Assembly (NCBI GenBank): GCA_951406725.2
Contig: OX597839.1
Coordinates: 20,398,001 to 20,462,000, forward strand
Length of the DNA: 64,000 nucleotides
Direction: 5' to 3'
Source of the DNA: Octopus vulgaris
Lineage: Eukaryota
Each line of letters begins with the position of its first letter. Within the stretch, counting starts at the first letter, position 1. The position numbers were made by a program, and so were the translations under genes. Under the pieces are notes generated by a model. That model searched no databases, was not told the origin of the DNA, and was given only the letters and a program-made list of their open reading frames with translations. Shown piece by piece: positions 37,495-50,145 of this stretch.

Positions 37495-37875
37495 ATAGTA
37501 GTAGTAGTAGCGGTGGTAGTCCTACTAATAGTAGTTGAAATAGTTGTGGTAGTCATAGTAATAGCTGTTCTGGTAGTAGTGGTTAACAGTAGTAGTAGTA
37601 GTAGTAAAAGTATTAGAAATAGTAGTAAAAGCAGTAGTAGTAAAAAGGTAGTAGTAAAAGTAGTAGTAGTAATGGTAGCAGTAGTAAAAATGTTAGCAGT
37701 AGCCGTGGTGGTAGTAGTAGATATTGTTGTGGTGGCGGTAGCAGTAGTATTAGTGGTGGTGGTGGTGATAGTAATAATAGTAGTACTAGTTGTAGTGGAG
37801 GTGATGGTAGAGGCAGTAGTAGTATACCTGGTCGAAAGTAAACTACCATATAATTTATTATTATTATTATTATAT
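37495..37875. repeat. Degenerate (TAG/TGG)n microsatellite
   Basis: Direct inspection. Confidence 0.9.
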
Positions 37876-38610
37876 ATATTGACATAGATTCCTTCCTTAT
37901 ATACACACCCAGATCAACACACGCGCACCAAAACATTAATGTCCGCACCTGTCCTCATAAACCTAATTTTGTACAGTATGCAAGCAGGAGATCGCTCACC
38001 GAGTCCAGCTTTATCGACCTCCTCTCCGGGGTCGATAACATAGAGTACCAGTCAAGTACGGGATTAATAATATCGACTAATCACCCCCATTGCTATTTTT
38101 ATAAGGTTTTGAGGGGGATTTTTTTTCCTGTGGTTATTATAGTTGTTCCTGGTGGTGTTATGTCGCATAGCGAGGTAGCTTTGAACGGGTCAAAAGCGTT
38201 CCGATCGTGAATGTCACGCCAGAGACACACATACACACATATGTGCATATATAAATGTATACATAGGCATGTATATATACATATATATATGTATATATAC
38301 ATACTTTTATGTATATAAATGCACATATATTTATTTATATACATGTACATATATTTAGGTATATATATGAACATATACTTATGTATATATGTATATATAT
38401 GTGCCTATATATAGTTGTGTACAGAAATTCGGGGTGAGTACTTGATAATTGTAAGCACCTGTATATACCGTTTGGTGGTGTAGGTGGTGGAGTAAAGGTG
38501 GTGGAGAAGGCCACAGACATACATTATGCATTGTTATAAATCCGTCTAATAAAGGCCCGAAACATATGTACCGCTGAATCCTTGGCGTCATGTTTTTATT
38601 TTGATTTGTG

Positions 38611-38648
<38 letters not shown>

Positions 38649-38650
38649 CA

Positions 38651-38716
<66 letters not shown>

Positions 38717-38759
38717 CATGCATGTATATATATATATATATATATATATACAGACATGC

Positions 38760-38790
<31 letters not shown>

Positions 38791-38792
38791 CA

Positions 38793-38830
<38 letters not shown>

Positions 38831-38831
<1 letters not shown>

Positions 38832-38911
38832 TGTTGTGTCTGGGGAGAGTCATTTTCTTTTTGTGCCTTATAATTTAACAAAAAGAGAATGACTCTCCCC
38901 AGACACAACAG
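38831..38911. repeat. Near-perfect inverted repeat, 34-bp arms and 13-nt loop
   Basis: ctgttgtgtctggggagagtcattttctttttgt pairs with acaaaaagagaatgactctccccagacacaacag, with one mismatch. Confidence 0.92.
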
Positions 38912-39008
38912 AATATGCTTCAACACACGAACTCATATAAAGAATCTTGCAAACCAAATCCAAAAACGAAATACATATAATTATACATTTATATACATAT
39001 ATATATGC

Positions 39009-39066
<58 letters not shown>

Positions 39067-39474
39067 GTATATATATATATATATACATGTATATATATGC
39101 ATACACAAGCATAGGTACATACATGCACACACAAATGCATGCATTGGTGAATATGATAGATTGAAAGATAATAGAAGAAGGCACACAGATTGTGATCGCG
39201 TTGGGACGAAGCCCCTTTTCGATAACGACCCGTCCAGCTGGTAACAAACATTAAGCAAATATCAAACAGGGATTTTGGGAGCCCAGTAAATTCTTACAAC
39301 AATATCCGGTTACTAACATAATACGAAATTATAATAATCGCTACCACTGTGTGTGTGTGTGTGTGTGTGTGTGTATAAAATATTTCCTTTGCAGTAATAG
39401 ATATGTTCTTCTCTGTTCAAAAAAGTCTGTATGTGTGTGTGTGTGTATATACATATATACATATACATTTTTTT

Positions 39475-39665
39475 CTTTTCTCAGGCATTTGATTGCGGCC
39501 ATGCTGGAGCACCGCATTTGGGGGGGGTTTTTTAATCGAAGAAATCGACTCTAGGTCATATACTTTGTAAGGCCCCGGTGCTTATTGTATCGGGTCTCTT
39601 TTGCCGAACCGGAAGGTTACGGGGACGTAAACACACCACCGCCGGTTGTCAAGTGATTGTGGGGA
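39475..39665 (-). mobile_element. SINE family A 3' half
   Basis: catttgattgcggccatgctggagcaccgc...gttacggggacgtaaacacacc. Confidence 0.8.
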
Positions 39666-39749
39666 TGGTTTGGACAAACAGGTTAGCAAGGGAGTGACTC
39701 AACCAAAATTGCATATATCTATGTGTGAAGTATACCCTGTTTGTGTGTG

Positions 39750-39802
<53 letters not shown>

Positions 39803-39891
39803 TGTTTCAGTCAGTTATACTGGGGCCATGCTAGGGCATTCCCTTGAAGAATTTGAGACCAATAAAATAAATTTTAGGCTAAGTTATAAGG

Positions 39892-40490
39892 CAGGGCCGT
39901 GGACTCGAAACAAAATGATTCGACTCCGACTCCTCTACTATTGGCACCTCTGACTCCTCTACGATTGGCACCTCCGACTCCTCTACTATAGTACCTCCGA
40001 CTCCTCTACTATTGGCACCTTCGACTCCTCTACTATTGGCACCTCCGACTCCTCTACTATTGGCACCTCTGACTCCTCTACGATTGGCACCTCCGACTCC
40101 TCTACTATAGTACCTCCGACTCCTCTACTATTGGCACCTTCGACTCCTCTACTATTGGCACCTTCGACTCCTCTACTATTGGCACCTCCGACTCCTCTAC
40201 TATTGGCACCTCCGACTCCTCTACTATTGGCACCTCCGACTCCTCCACCATTGGTACCTCTGACTCCTCTACCATTGGTACCTCCGACTCCAACTATTGG
40301 CACCTCTGACTCTGACTCCGACTCCGCTTTATATAATTAAGTGATTGTGGTCTACATATCTCATAAAGCATATGTATACGCTTGTACTTTGAATAGGCCT
40401 ATATGTTATACCTGGTTTATATTAAAGAATAAAGACGTGAGTCGGAGTCGGTAAAGTTTTACCGACTCCGACTCTGATCCCACAGCCCTG
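39892..40490. mobile_element. hAT-like MITE containing a 24-bp minisatellite, inserted in an old SINE A (minus; 39800-39891 and 40491-40740)
   Basis: Ends cagggccgtgga and cccacagccctg; subterminal (gagtcg)n and (cgactc)n; flanks gttataagg and gttacagg. Confidence 0.75.
39921..40326. repeat. 24-bp minisatellite cacctccgactcctctactattgg, about 16 copies
   Basis: Direct inspection; gives the VPIVEESE repeat ORFs. Confidence 0.95.
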
Positions 40491-41304
40491 GTTACAGGGA
40501 CGCCAATTCACCAACACCAATTGTCAAGCAGTGGTAGGAGGACAAACGAAAACACACACACACACACACACATACACACACGACGATCTTCTTTCAATTT
40601 CTCTCTACTAAATCCTCTCACAAAGCCTTGGCTGGCTCGAGGCTATAGTAGAAGACACATGCCCAAGGTGCCACGTAATGGGCTGAACCCTGAACCCGAG
40701 GCCATGTACATGAGAAGCAAACTTCTAATCAAACTGCCATATCTATGTATACATACACACACACATCATTTAATAAACACAATATATGTTTTTATATGCT
40801 ATTAGTTTCATGTGCTGAGAGCATGCCAAACTGTTTTTTAATACGCCTGGTGTCTTAGTACAATCATCAGACTATCACAGAACAGTATATATAGACACAC
40901 AGAGACTTGGATACAGGCTTACATACGCATATTCTTTTTTTTTGTCATTTGACTGCAGCCATGCTGGAGCACATACAAACATACTTGTATTCATACATAT
41001 ATAATGACACACACATATATACTCACGCAGTACGTGTGTGTAATTTGATTGGTGATATCTTCGAAGTTTCACAGCTCAACCGGTCGGAAAAACTTCGAAG
41101 TCACTATCAGTAAAAGAAAAATCATATTTATATATCGACACTGAAATACATATGTATTGAGTTCTTTCTGTAACCCCCACCTAATTTCTCTCATCGCACA
41201 CCTCCATATGCGTGGAGATCGATAAAATTTATTTCTGACCCGGTCAAGTACCGGCTGTTGTCTACATAATTTTGCTACAAAGTTTTCACTCCAAGTTCGA
41301 TTTG

Positions 41305-41660
41305 CGGGCACAGGCATGGCCGATTGGTTAAGAAGCTTGCTTTGCAACCGCAACCACCTGGGTTCACTCCCTCTGCGTGGTACCTTGCCCCAATGTCTTC
41401 TTCTATAGCTCTATTTTTTTAGTGAATCTGGAAGAAGGAAACTGTGTTTGTTTGTGAGCATATCTTTACATCTGGATTTCTCTATCACCACTTGACAACC
41501 GGTGTTGGTTTGTTTTGTTCCCATAACTAGCGATTCGGTGTAAGAGATCGGTAGAATAAGTACCAGACCTAGAAATAAGTACTAGGGGGTGGGGTCAATA
41601 TGTTCGACCAAAACCCTTCGGTGCTCCGGCGTAGCCGCAGACTAATTACTGAAGCATGTA
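41305..41660 (+). mobile_element. Old diverged SINE family A
   Basis: gcacaggcatggccgattggttaagaagcttgct...cttgacaaccggtgttggt...tagaataagtacc. Confidence 0.7.
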
Positions 41661-42037
41661 AGGCGCGCGCGCGCGCAACACACATACACACACGAACTCA
41701 ATGCATGCTCAACCGTTACTAACATTACAACTACTACTACTACCATCACTACAAACAATGCTATATATTACCATAACTATCACCACCACAACTACTACCA
41801 ACACCACTGTCACTACTTGTACTGCCGCTACTATATTGCTACTAGCACCGTGACCACAACCGTAACAAATATACTACTACCACTGTAGTAGTAGTTGTGG
41901 TAGTGGCTGTAGTTTAACCAGTACTATAATTATTGTGTGTACTAGCTACAACAATCGCCACCACCACATCGACAACTACCACAACCACTATACTACCACC
42001 ACGACCACAGCAACTATATTATGTTATAACTTGTTAC

Positions 42038-42079
<42 letters not shown>

Positions 42080-42268
42080 TGTGTAACCCATCAATAACTA
42101 CAACCAATACTGTACTAGTCACAACTACCACTTCAGTACTACTACCTCCACGACAACAGCAGTTATCATTATACCATTACCACTTCAGTGAATAAGCAGT
42201 TGCATACTACTACCACCAACACTAACCACAGCCAGTGCTATACTAGCCACAACCACCACCAACACCAT

Positions 42269-42321
<53 letters not shown>

Positions 42322-42434
42322 TATCTTATTTCACCTTCTTTTCCATTTTGTCTTCTTGTATGTAAAAACTTCACTCCATGATTTACACGTGATGTTTTTC
42401 TTCATCCATGCACCTGTGGCGAATAGCAGAAATT

Positions 42435-42687
42435 TATTACTATCATTATTATCATTATTATCATCATCATCATCATTATTATTATTATCATCATTATTAT
42501 TATTATTATTATCATCATCATTGTTATTATCATTATTATTATTATTATTATCATTATTATTATCATTATCATCATTATTATTATTATTATCATTATTATA
42601 TTATCATCATTATTATTATTATCATCATTATTATTATTATTATTATCATCATCATTATTATTATCATCATTATTATTATTATTATCA

Positions 42688-42721
<34 letters not shown>

Positions 42722-42894
42722 CATTATTATTATTATCATTATCATATTATTATCATCATCATTATTATTATTATCATCATTATTATTATTATCATTATTA
42801 TATTATTATCATCATTATTATTATTATCATTATTATATTATTATCATCATTATTATTATTAACATTATCATCATCATTATTATTATTATTATTA

Positions 42895-42931
<37 letters not shown>

Positions 42932-43321
42932 CATTATTATTATTATTATTATTATCATCATTATTATTATCATTATTATTATTATTATCATCATTATTAT
43001 TATTATCATTATTATATTATTATCATCATTATTATTATTAACATTATCATCATCATTATTATTATTATTATCATTATTATTATTATTATTATTATCATCA
43101 TTATTATCATCATTATTATTAACATTATCATCATCATTATTATTATTATTATTATCATTATTATTATTATTATTATTATCATCATTATTATTATCATTAT
43201 TATTATTATTATCATCATTATTATTATTAACATTATCATCATCATTATTATTATTATTATCATCATTATTATTATTATTATCATCATCATCATCATCATC
43301 ATCATCATTATTATTATTATT
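42435..43321. repeat. Long (TTA/TCA)n microsatellite, ~890 bp
   Basis: Direct inspection. Confidence 0.95.
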
Positions 43322-43720
43322 GAGGACACACACACACACATATATATCTTATAAATGCCAGCCTGGCGACAAACACGAAAACTATGCCATACTTTTTCTG
43401 TTCTCTCCTTGTCCTGCCTGCTTGCCTCGTTCCCACAACTGCTCTCCAAGTCTTCAAAAACGTCAACAATATTTCGTTATAACTTCCATGCAGTGACGAC
43501 GACGACGGCGACGATGATGACGAAGATGACGATTATGACGACGAGGAACGACAAGCGAGAACGTCAGTTGACGAAAACCAGGATTCGGTGTGTGTGTGGA
43601 GGGGCTAGGAGGAGTTATAGCGCAGGGATGGTTGGAGGGGAGACGGTTTCGTGGAGGAAAGGAACTGTCTGTGTGTGTGTATGCGTATGACTCTCTCGCC
43701 CACTCTCTCTCTATGTCTCT

Positions 43721-43766
<46 letters not shown>

Positions 43767-43874
43767 ATGTCTGTGTGTCTGTCTTCAAGCCTCTTGCTGG
43801 TTTTCCCATTTGGCGAAATAGCTGCTTGCCGTTTGTCGACAAAACTCGTCCTTGTTTTGAAAGTTGCAGCGTGC

Positions 43875-43935
<61 letters not shown>

Positions 43936-43974
43936 TGTGTGTGTGAGTGTGTTTGTATATTTGTCTGTGTGTCA

Positions 43975-44780
43975 CGTTTAAGATGCGTGTATGTAAGTCT
44001 GTTTATGTGTATGTATCCTCAATAATAATAATAATAATGATAATATGTGTATATATTTATACAATCTATACAATTATGTGTGTGCTTGTGTGTGTATACG
44101 TTTAAGATGCGTGTATATAAGTCTGTCAGTGTGTGTCTGTGTGTATGTATCCTCAATAATAATAATAATATTTTTATTTTTTTATTTTATTTAGTTTCAG
44201 CTCACAAGCTGTGGCCATGCTGGAGCACCGCCATTTGTATATGTATTTATACAATTTATATGTATATATATATGTATATATATTTATACAATTTATACAA
44301 TTATGTGTGTGTGTATACGTTTAAAATGCGTGTATATAAGTCTGTCAGTGTATATGTATTTATACAATTTATATGTATATATGTATATATATTTATACAA
44401 TTTATACAATTATGTGTGTGTGTATACGTTTAAAATGCGTGTATATAAGTCTGTCAGTGTATATGTATTTATACAATTTATATGTATATATATGTATATA
44501 TATTTATACAATTTATACAATTATGTGTGTGTGTATACGTTTAAAATGCGTGTATATAAGTCTGACAGTGTATATGTATTTATACAATTTATATGTATAT
44601 ATATGTATATATATTTATACAATTTATACAATTATGTGCGTGTATACGTTTAAAATGCGTGTATATAAGTCTGTCAGTGTGTGTCTGTGTATGTATCCTC
44701 AATAATAATAATAATAATAATAATGTGTGTATATATTTATACAATTTATACAATCATGTGTGTGCTTGTGGGTGTATACA
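43975..44780. repeat. Minisatellite, ~110-125-bp unit (cgtttaaaatgcgtgtatataagtctgtcagtgt core)
   Basis: The core is repeated about six times. Confidence 0.9.
44171..44237 (-). mobile_element. Very short LINE-type 3' terminus insertion
   Basis: Minus strand reads caaatggcggtgctccagcatggccacagcttgtgagctgaaactaaataaaataaaaaataaaa, matching the LINE end at 62671-62694 and the SINE A tail. Confidence 0.7.
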
Positions 44781-44984
44781 TGTGTACGTATATGCGTCTC
44801 TCTTTCGCCACCTCTCTCTCTCTCTCTCTCTCTGTGATAAGCAATGGAAGCCAACTCGTGTAATCAAAGATGACATTTTCAAGCGGTTATTACTATAACA
44901 CCTATCTCAGCTTGTAAATTATATCGAACTGACTTCGTCTCGATATAATACCAAGAAATGCCTTTCCCTATACATATACATACA

Positions 44985-45190
44985 CAGTAATTCCTCGTCA
45001 AATCCTGGTTCACCTATCGCGGTTTATTATTTCACCTATCGCGGTTTGTTAATTCCACCGTGGTGTTGTTTCTGCATTTATAAAATAAATTTAAATGAAT
45101 TATAAAAATAATAATATATATATATATATGACCAAAGCCTTGTGAGTGGATTTGGTAGACGGAAACTGAAAGAAGCCCGTCGTATATATG

Positions 45191-45221
<31 letters not shown>

Positions 45222-45484
45222 TTGTATGTCTGTGTTTGTCCCTGTAGCATTGCTTGACAACCGATGCTGGTGTGTTTACGTCCCCGTTACTTAGCGGTTC
45301 GGCAAAAGAAACCGATAGAATAAGTACTGGGCTTACAAAAGAATAAGTCCCGGGGTCGAGTTACTCGATTAAAGGCGGTGCTCCAGCATGGCCGCAGTCA
45401 AATGGCTGAAACAAGTAAAAGAGTAAAAGAGTAAAGAGTATATATATATATACAGTACAGTACTGTTTCTATTTTGCGGATTTT
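44985..45484 (-). mobile_element. Tigger-like MITE interrupted by a 5'-truncated SINE A (45130-45438, +)
   Basis: cagtaattcctcg terminus; internal segments are reverse complements of 2630-2725. Confidence 0.6.
45130..45438 (+). mobile_element. 5'-truncated SINE family A
   Basis: Matches the consensus from gaccaaagccttgtgag to the tail. Confidence 0.92.
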
Positions 45485-45667
45485 AAAATACCTATTCCTT
45501 TGTGATTGTGTGTGTGTGTCTTCGAATTATATTCTTTTAGCTGCTATTTCTAGCAACTGCAGGTGCTTTTTGCACTTTTATTTATAAATTTTACCATTTT
45601 GGTTTTTAAATTGCTACAGCCACAGATATTATAAAGTATTTGATACATCATAATATATTAATTTATC

Positions 45668-45704
<37 letters not shown>

Positions 45705-45879
45705 GTGTGTATGTATATCTCTATATATAAAATATATATATATATATGCACATGTATGTATGCTTGCGTCTGTGTGTGTGTGTGCGTGTTATATACACGT
45801 GCCGTTTATAGTTTGCCGTATATGTGACGGTATCATAATGAATGAATGTGTATCAACGAGTGACAGTGAACGAATGAGT

Positions 45880-46182
45880 GAGTATGAATGAAATGAGTGA
45901 CCTTGAGTGAGCGAGCGAGTGAGTGAGAGTCTCACTCATCAGTGTCTACTCTCCCATGCGCATGCGTGCGTGCTATATTATTCTGCGAGTTACTAAATTA
46001 CGTTCGTTTTGAATCGCTTCTGTGTCTACAGATCGCTGTGTAGTTTTCGTTTTCGTTTTGTAACCAGATACCAGTTATTCGTTGGGGGGGGGGTGTATTT
46101 CATGTTGATGAAATATATAGTAACTACGTTAATTCATTAGTTTATTAACTGTTTTTGAGATTGCTCAGGCTCGGGAGTATGT
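45880..46182 (+). promoter_or_regulatory. Candidate promoter and non-coding first exon
   Basis: CpG-containing unique island with an Inr-like tcagtg (45939), an NRF1-like tgcgcatgcg (45957) and a possible donor gtatgt (46177). Confidence 0.3.
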
Positions 46183-46284
46183 TGGTGTGTGTTTATGTGG
46201 CTGGGAAAATTTGCATGTTACTTATCGATGGAAAAGTGTGTGTTAGTGTGTGTTTGTGTAATGGACGATATCTATGCGTGTTTG

Positions 46285-46323
<39 letters not shown>

Positions 46324-46390
46324 TATGTGTATGATATATATCTATATCTGTCTGTACCTATGTTAGACACACACACACACATATATTTAT

Positions 46391-46454
<64 letters not shown>

Positions 46455-46606
46455 TTACATTATGTATATATCAGTATGCCTATCTGTGTCCGCGCACGTG
46501 TAGGGCATATATATGTATATATATATATTATATATGTATATATATATATATTATATATGTAATATATATATATATATTATATATATGTATATATATATTA
46601 TATATA

Positions 46607-46659
<53 letters not shown>

Positions 46660-46666
46660 GTTTCAT

Positions 46667-46706
46667 TAAGAGAAATCTTCAGGAAGCTTCCTGAAGATTT
46701 CTCTTA
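46667..46706. repeat. Perfect 40-bp palindrome
   Basis: taagagaaatcttcaggaag|cttcctgaagatttctctta. Confidence 0.93.
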
Positions 46707-47230
46707 TGAAACAGTATGTCCTGTAAGCTCCTTCTATATAATAAATTAATTTTACTCTGCTATGTATTGAGTACCTTACTTACTGTGGTTAACCCCGAAT
46801 CAACCCGGGACCTACATATATATATATATATATATATAATTTGTTGACATATGTATGTATGTATATATCAATATATCTATGGGTGTGTGCGTGCGCGTGT
46901 GTAGGATATGACATATATATATATATATATTTATACATGGATATACATATATGTATATATGTATGCATGTAATCATGCATATAGTAGTCACATACATATT
47001 ACGTATGTACATGCATACGTACTTAACCCCCCCACACACACACACACGTGTGTATGTGCGTGTACGTACGTAGAGAGATAGATGTGCACTTGAAGAGAGT
47101 TATAGCGATATATGCAGGCATGCATGTGCGCACGCGCGCGTGCATGTGCATGCATGCATAATGGACTTCATAACATGCAAGATACTGCCTTTCTCATCTA
47201 ACGTAGAATGTCGTTGCTTTGTTGTCATTC

Positions 47231-47239
<9 letters not shown>

Positions 47240-47269
<30 letters not shown>

Positions 47270-48300
47270 CTGTATATGAATGTGTGTGTGTGTGTGTATG
47301 TGTATCTGTATATGAATGTGTGTGTGTGTGTATGTGTATCTGTATATGAATGTGTGTGTGTGTGTATGTGTATCTGTATATGAATGTGTGTGTGTGTATG
47401 TGTATCTGTATATGAATGTGTGTGTGTGTGTGTATATGTGTATCTGTATATGAATGTGTGTGTATATGTGCATCTGTATATCAATGTGTGTGTGTGTGTG
47501 TATGTGTATCTGTATATGAATGTGTGTGTGTATGTGTATCTGTATATGAATGTGTGTGTGTGTATGTGTATCTGTATATGAATGTGTATGTGTATCTGTA
47601 TATGAATGTGTGTGTGTGTGTATAGGTGTATCTGTATATGAATGTGTGTGTGTATGTGTATCTGTATATGAATGTGTGTGTGTGTGTATATGTGTATCTG
47701 TATATGAATGTGTGTGTGTGTGTATGTGTATCTGTATATGAATGTGTGTGTGTATGTGTATGTGTATCTGTATATGAATGTGTGTGTGTGTATGTGTATC
47801 TGTATATGAATGTGTGTGTGTGTATGTGTATCTGTATATGAATGTGTGTGTGTGTGTGTATGTGTATATGTAATGTGTGTGTGTGTATGTGTATCTGTAT
47901 ATGAATGTGTGTGTGTGTATATGTGTATCTGTATATGAATGTGTGTGTGTGTGTGTATGTGTATCTGTATATGAATGTGTGTGTGTGTGTATATGTGTAT
48001 CTGTATATGAATGTGTGTGTGTGTGTATATGTGTATCTGTATATGAATGTGTGTGTGTGTGTATATGTGTATCTGTATATGAATGTGTGTGTGTGTGTAT
48101 ATGTGTATCTGTATATGAATGTGTGTGTGTGTGTATATGTGTATCTGTATATGAATGTGTGTGTGTGTGTATATGTGTATCTGTATATGAATGTGTGTGT
48201 GTGTGTATATGTGTATCTGTATATGAATGTGTGTGTGTGTATATGTGTATCTGTATATGAATGTGTGTGTATGTGTATCTGTATATGAATGTGTATATGT
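47240..48300. repeat. Minisatellite tatgtgtatctgtatatgaa(TG)n, ~30-36-bp unit, about 30 copies
   Basis: Direct inspection. Confidence 0.95.
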
Positions 48301-48489
48301 GTGTGATGTAGTGCTGTGTGACTGTTGTACAAGCTTGATTCTTCTATTGTTGTGTTCTTACTGGCGTGTTACGTGTCTACTGCAGTGTTGTGAGTCAGTT
48401 GTAGTGATGTCTCTTTTGTTAAGTGTTGTGATGTGCATTGTGCAGATTCTGTTGTTGTTGTTTTTTCCCCATTATTCTTGTCAGCTAGC

Positions 48490-48717
48490 AAAGGCAGTGA
48501 GATAGCAGATTCTTTTTAGCATGCCGGACCAAATACTTCGCAGCTCTTCTTCCGGCTCCTAAATTGTTTCGATTTCAAATTCTGCCAAGCTCAACTTTGC
48601 CTTTCATCTTTGTGGAGTTGATGAAATAGGTACCAGTTTTGTACTGGGGTCGAAGTAATTGACTAGTCCCACCATCACCACTACCCACTATAGGTTTGTG
48701 CCTATCGTAAAAAGGAT

Positions 48718-48720
<3 letters not shown>
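48490..48720 (+). mobile_element. Degenerate SINE family B
   Basis: aaggcagtgagatagcaga...tcaaattctgccaagctcaactttgcctttcatc...ttgtgcctatcgtaaaaaggatta. Confidence 0.75.
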
Positions 48721-48764
<44 letters not shown>

Positions 48765-48792
48765 TTACTACTACTATTACTACTACTACTAT

Positions 48793-48830
<38 letters not shown>

Positions 48831-48872
48831 TTACTACTACTACTACTACTACTACTACTTACTAGTAGTAGT

Positions 48873-49420
48873 ATTGAGTGAGAGAGCAGTGCATGCTATG
48901 AAAGTGACGCTGGGGTACAAATATACGAAGTTTGAGATACCCATTATGACTACCCGTCTGATAAGGGTGCACCAGGCACATGCATCACAACCATATGTGC
49001 CTGACACGGTGATCTCTTATCAAGATAAACGGCTCATGATCATGAAGGTGGGACCCGGGTAGAATTTTTTTTTCAGGTCATGTTTCCCATCTCTGAATGA
49101 GGGTTGTTTAAGGATGATGAATGAAACGCCTATGTTTCCAGAAGGTGAGTTATTCAAACCCCAAAGAATCCCTCTCAACACATGGCTATGATGCTCCCCC
49201 ACTACTTCTGCTTGTGATCAGAGATGCACAAATCATCGGCCACTCAGGGACATGCTCAACTGGTTAAGGGTTAAGCAACTGACAAGCAAATCTGTGGTAT
49301 TGAGCAGAATATTTGCTGTAGCCCATCTTTTATACCAAAACAAGACAATGTACATGATAACCCTTCCAATCAGTTAAGATCAGAAACCATGAGAGTCACT
49401 GCCTGGTACTGCAGTAGCAT
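48873..49420 (-). mobile_element. Second copy of the probable LINE 3' UTR seen at 12923-13396
   Basis: Colinear high similarity; flanked by (TAC)n and (TAG)n. Confidence 0.75.
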
Positions 49421-49467
49421 CGGTAGTAGCAGCAGCAGTAGTAGTTGTAGTAGTGGTAGTAGTAGTA

Positions 49468-49567
<100 letters not shown>

Positions 49568-49917
49568 GCAGAATTGTTATAGCACATTGGACCAAATGCT
49601 TCACGGCATTGCTTCCACCGAGGTCGACTTCACCATTCATCATTTCAGGATCGATAAAACAAGTGCCAGCTGAACACTGGGGTCAATATGATCGATTTAC
49701 CCTCAAAACCCCCTCAAAATTCTTGCCCCTGTGCCAAAATTAGAAAGAATTATTGTTGTTTAGTTTCTCTTGTTCATTTCTGATCTTTTGACATACGAGG
49801 AAAACCAACCAATCCCTAGGAGACCATCCTTATTTTTATTCCAGCAAAATCATCTTGGGCCCCTTCCTGCATTATTAAATGTGCCCTTCCCGTTTTGTTA
49901 AACGGTAGATTGCACTG

Positions 49918-50145
49918 TTAACCCTTTCGTTACTGTAATTATTTTGAGATGCTCTATGTTTCTTTCAATTACTTTAAATATAACAAAGAATTTAGTAAAA
50001 TAACTTAGTTATCATTAAGCTAGAGTTAGGAACGCAAATTGTGACTAAGGTTTGGTGGAAGATTTTAATTCAAAACTTATGAAAACAAGACATTTGTACT
50101 CAGAGCCACAGCCGGTTTCAGCCGGGTTGGTAACGAAGACTGTTA
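49918..50145. mobile_element. piggyBac-like MITE
   Basis: TTAA|ccctttcgttac left end; degenerate gtaacgaag..gtta right end. Confidence 0.55.

Noticed and set aside
39986-40340. Repeat-protein ORFs (VPIVEESE, GANSRGVG)
   Set aside because: They come from a 24-bp minisatellite inside a MITE that is open in several frames by construction.
42188-43496. Long poly-I/Y/L/N/D ORFs
   Set aside because: They come from a trinucleotide microsatellite.
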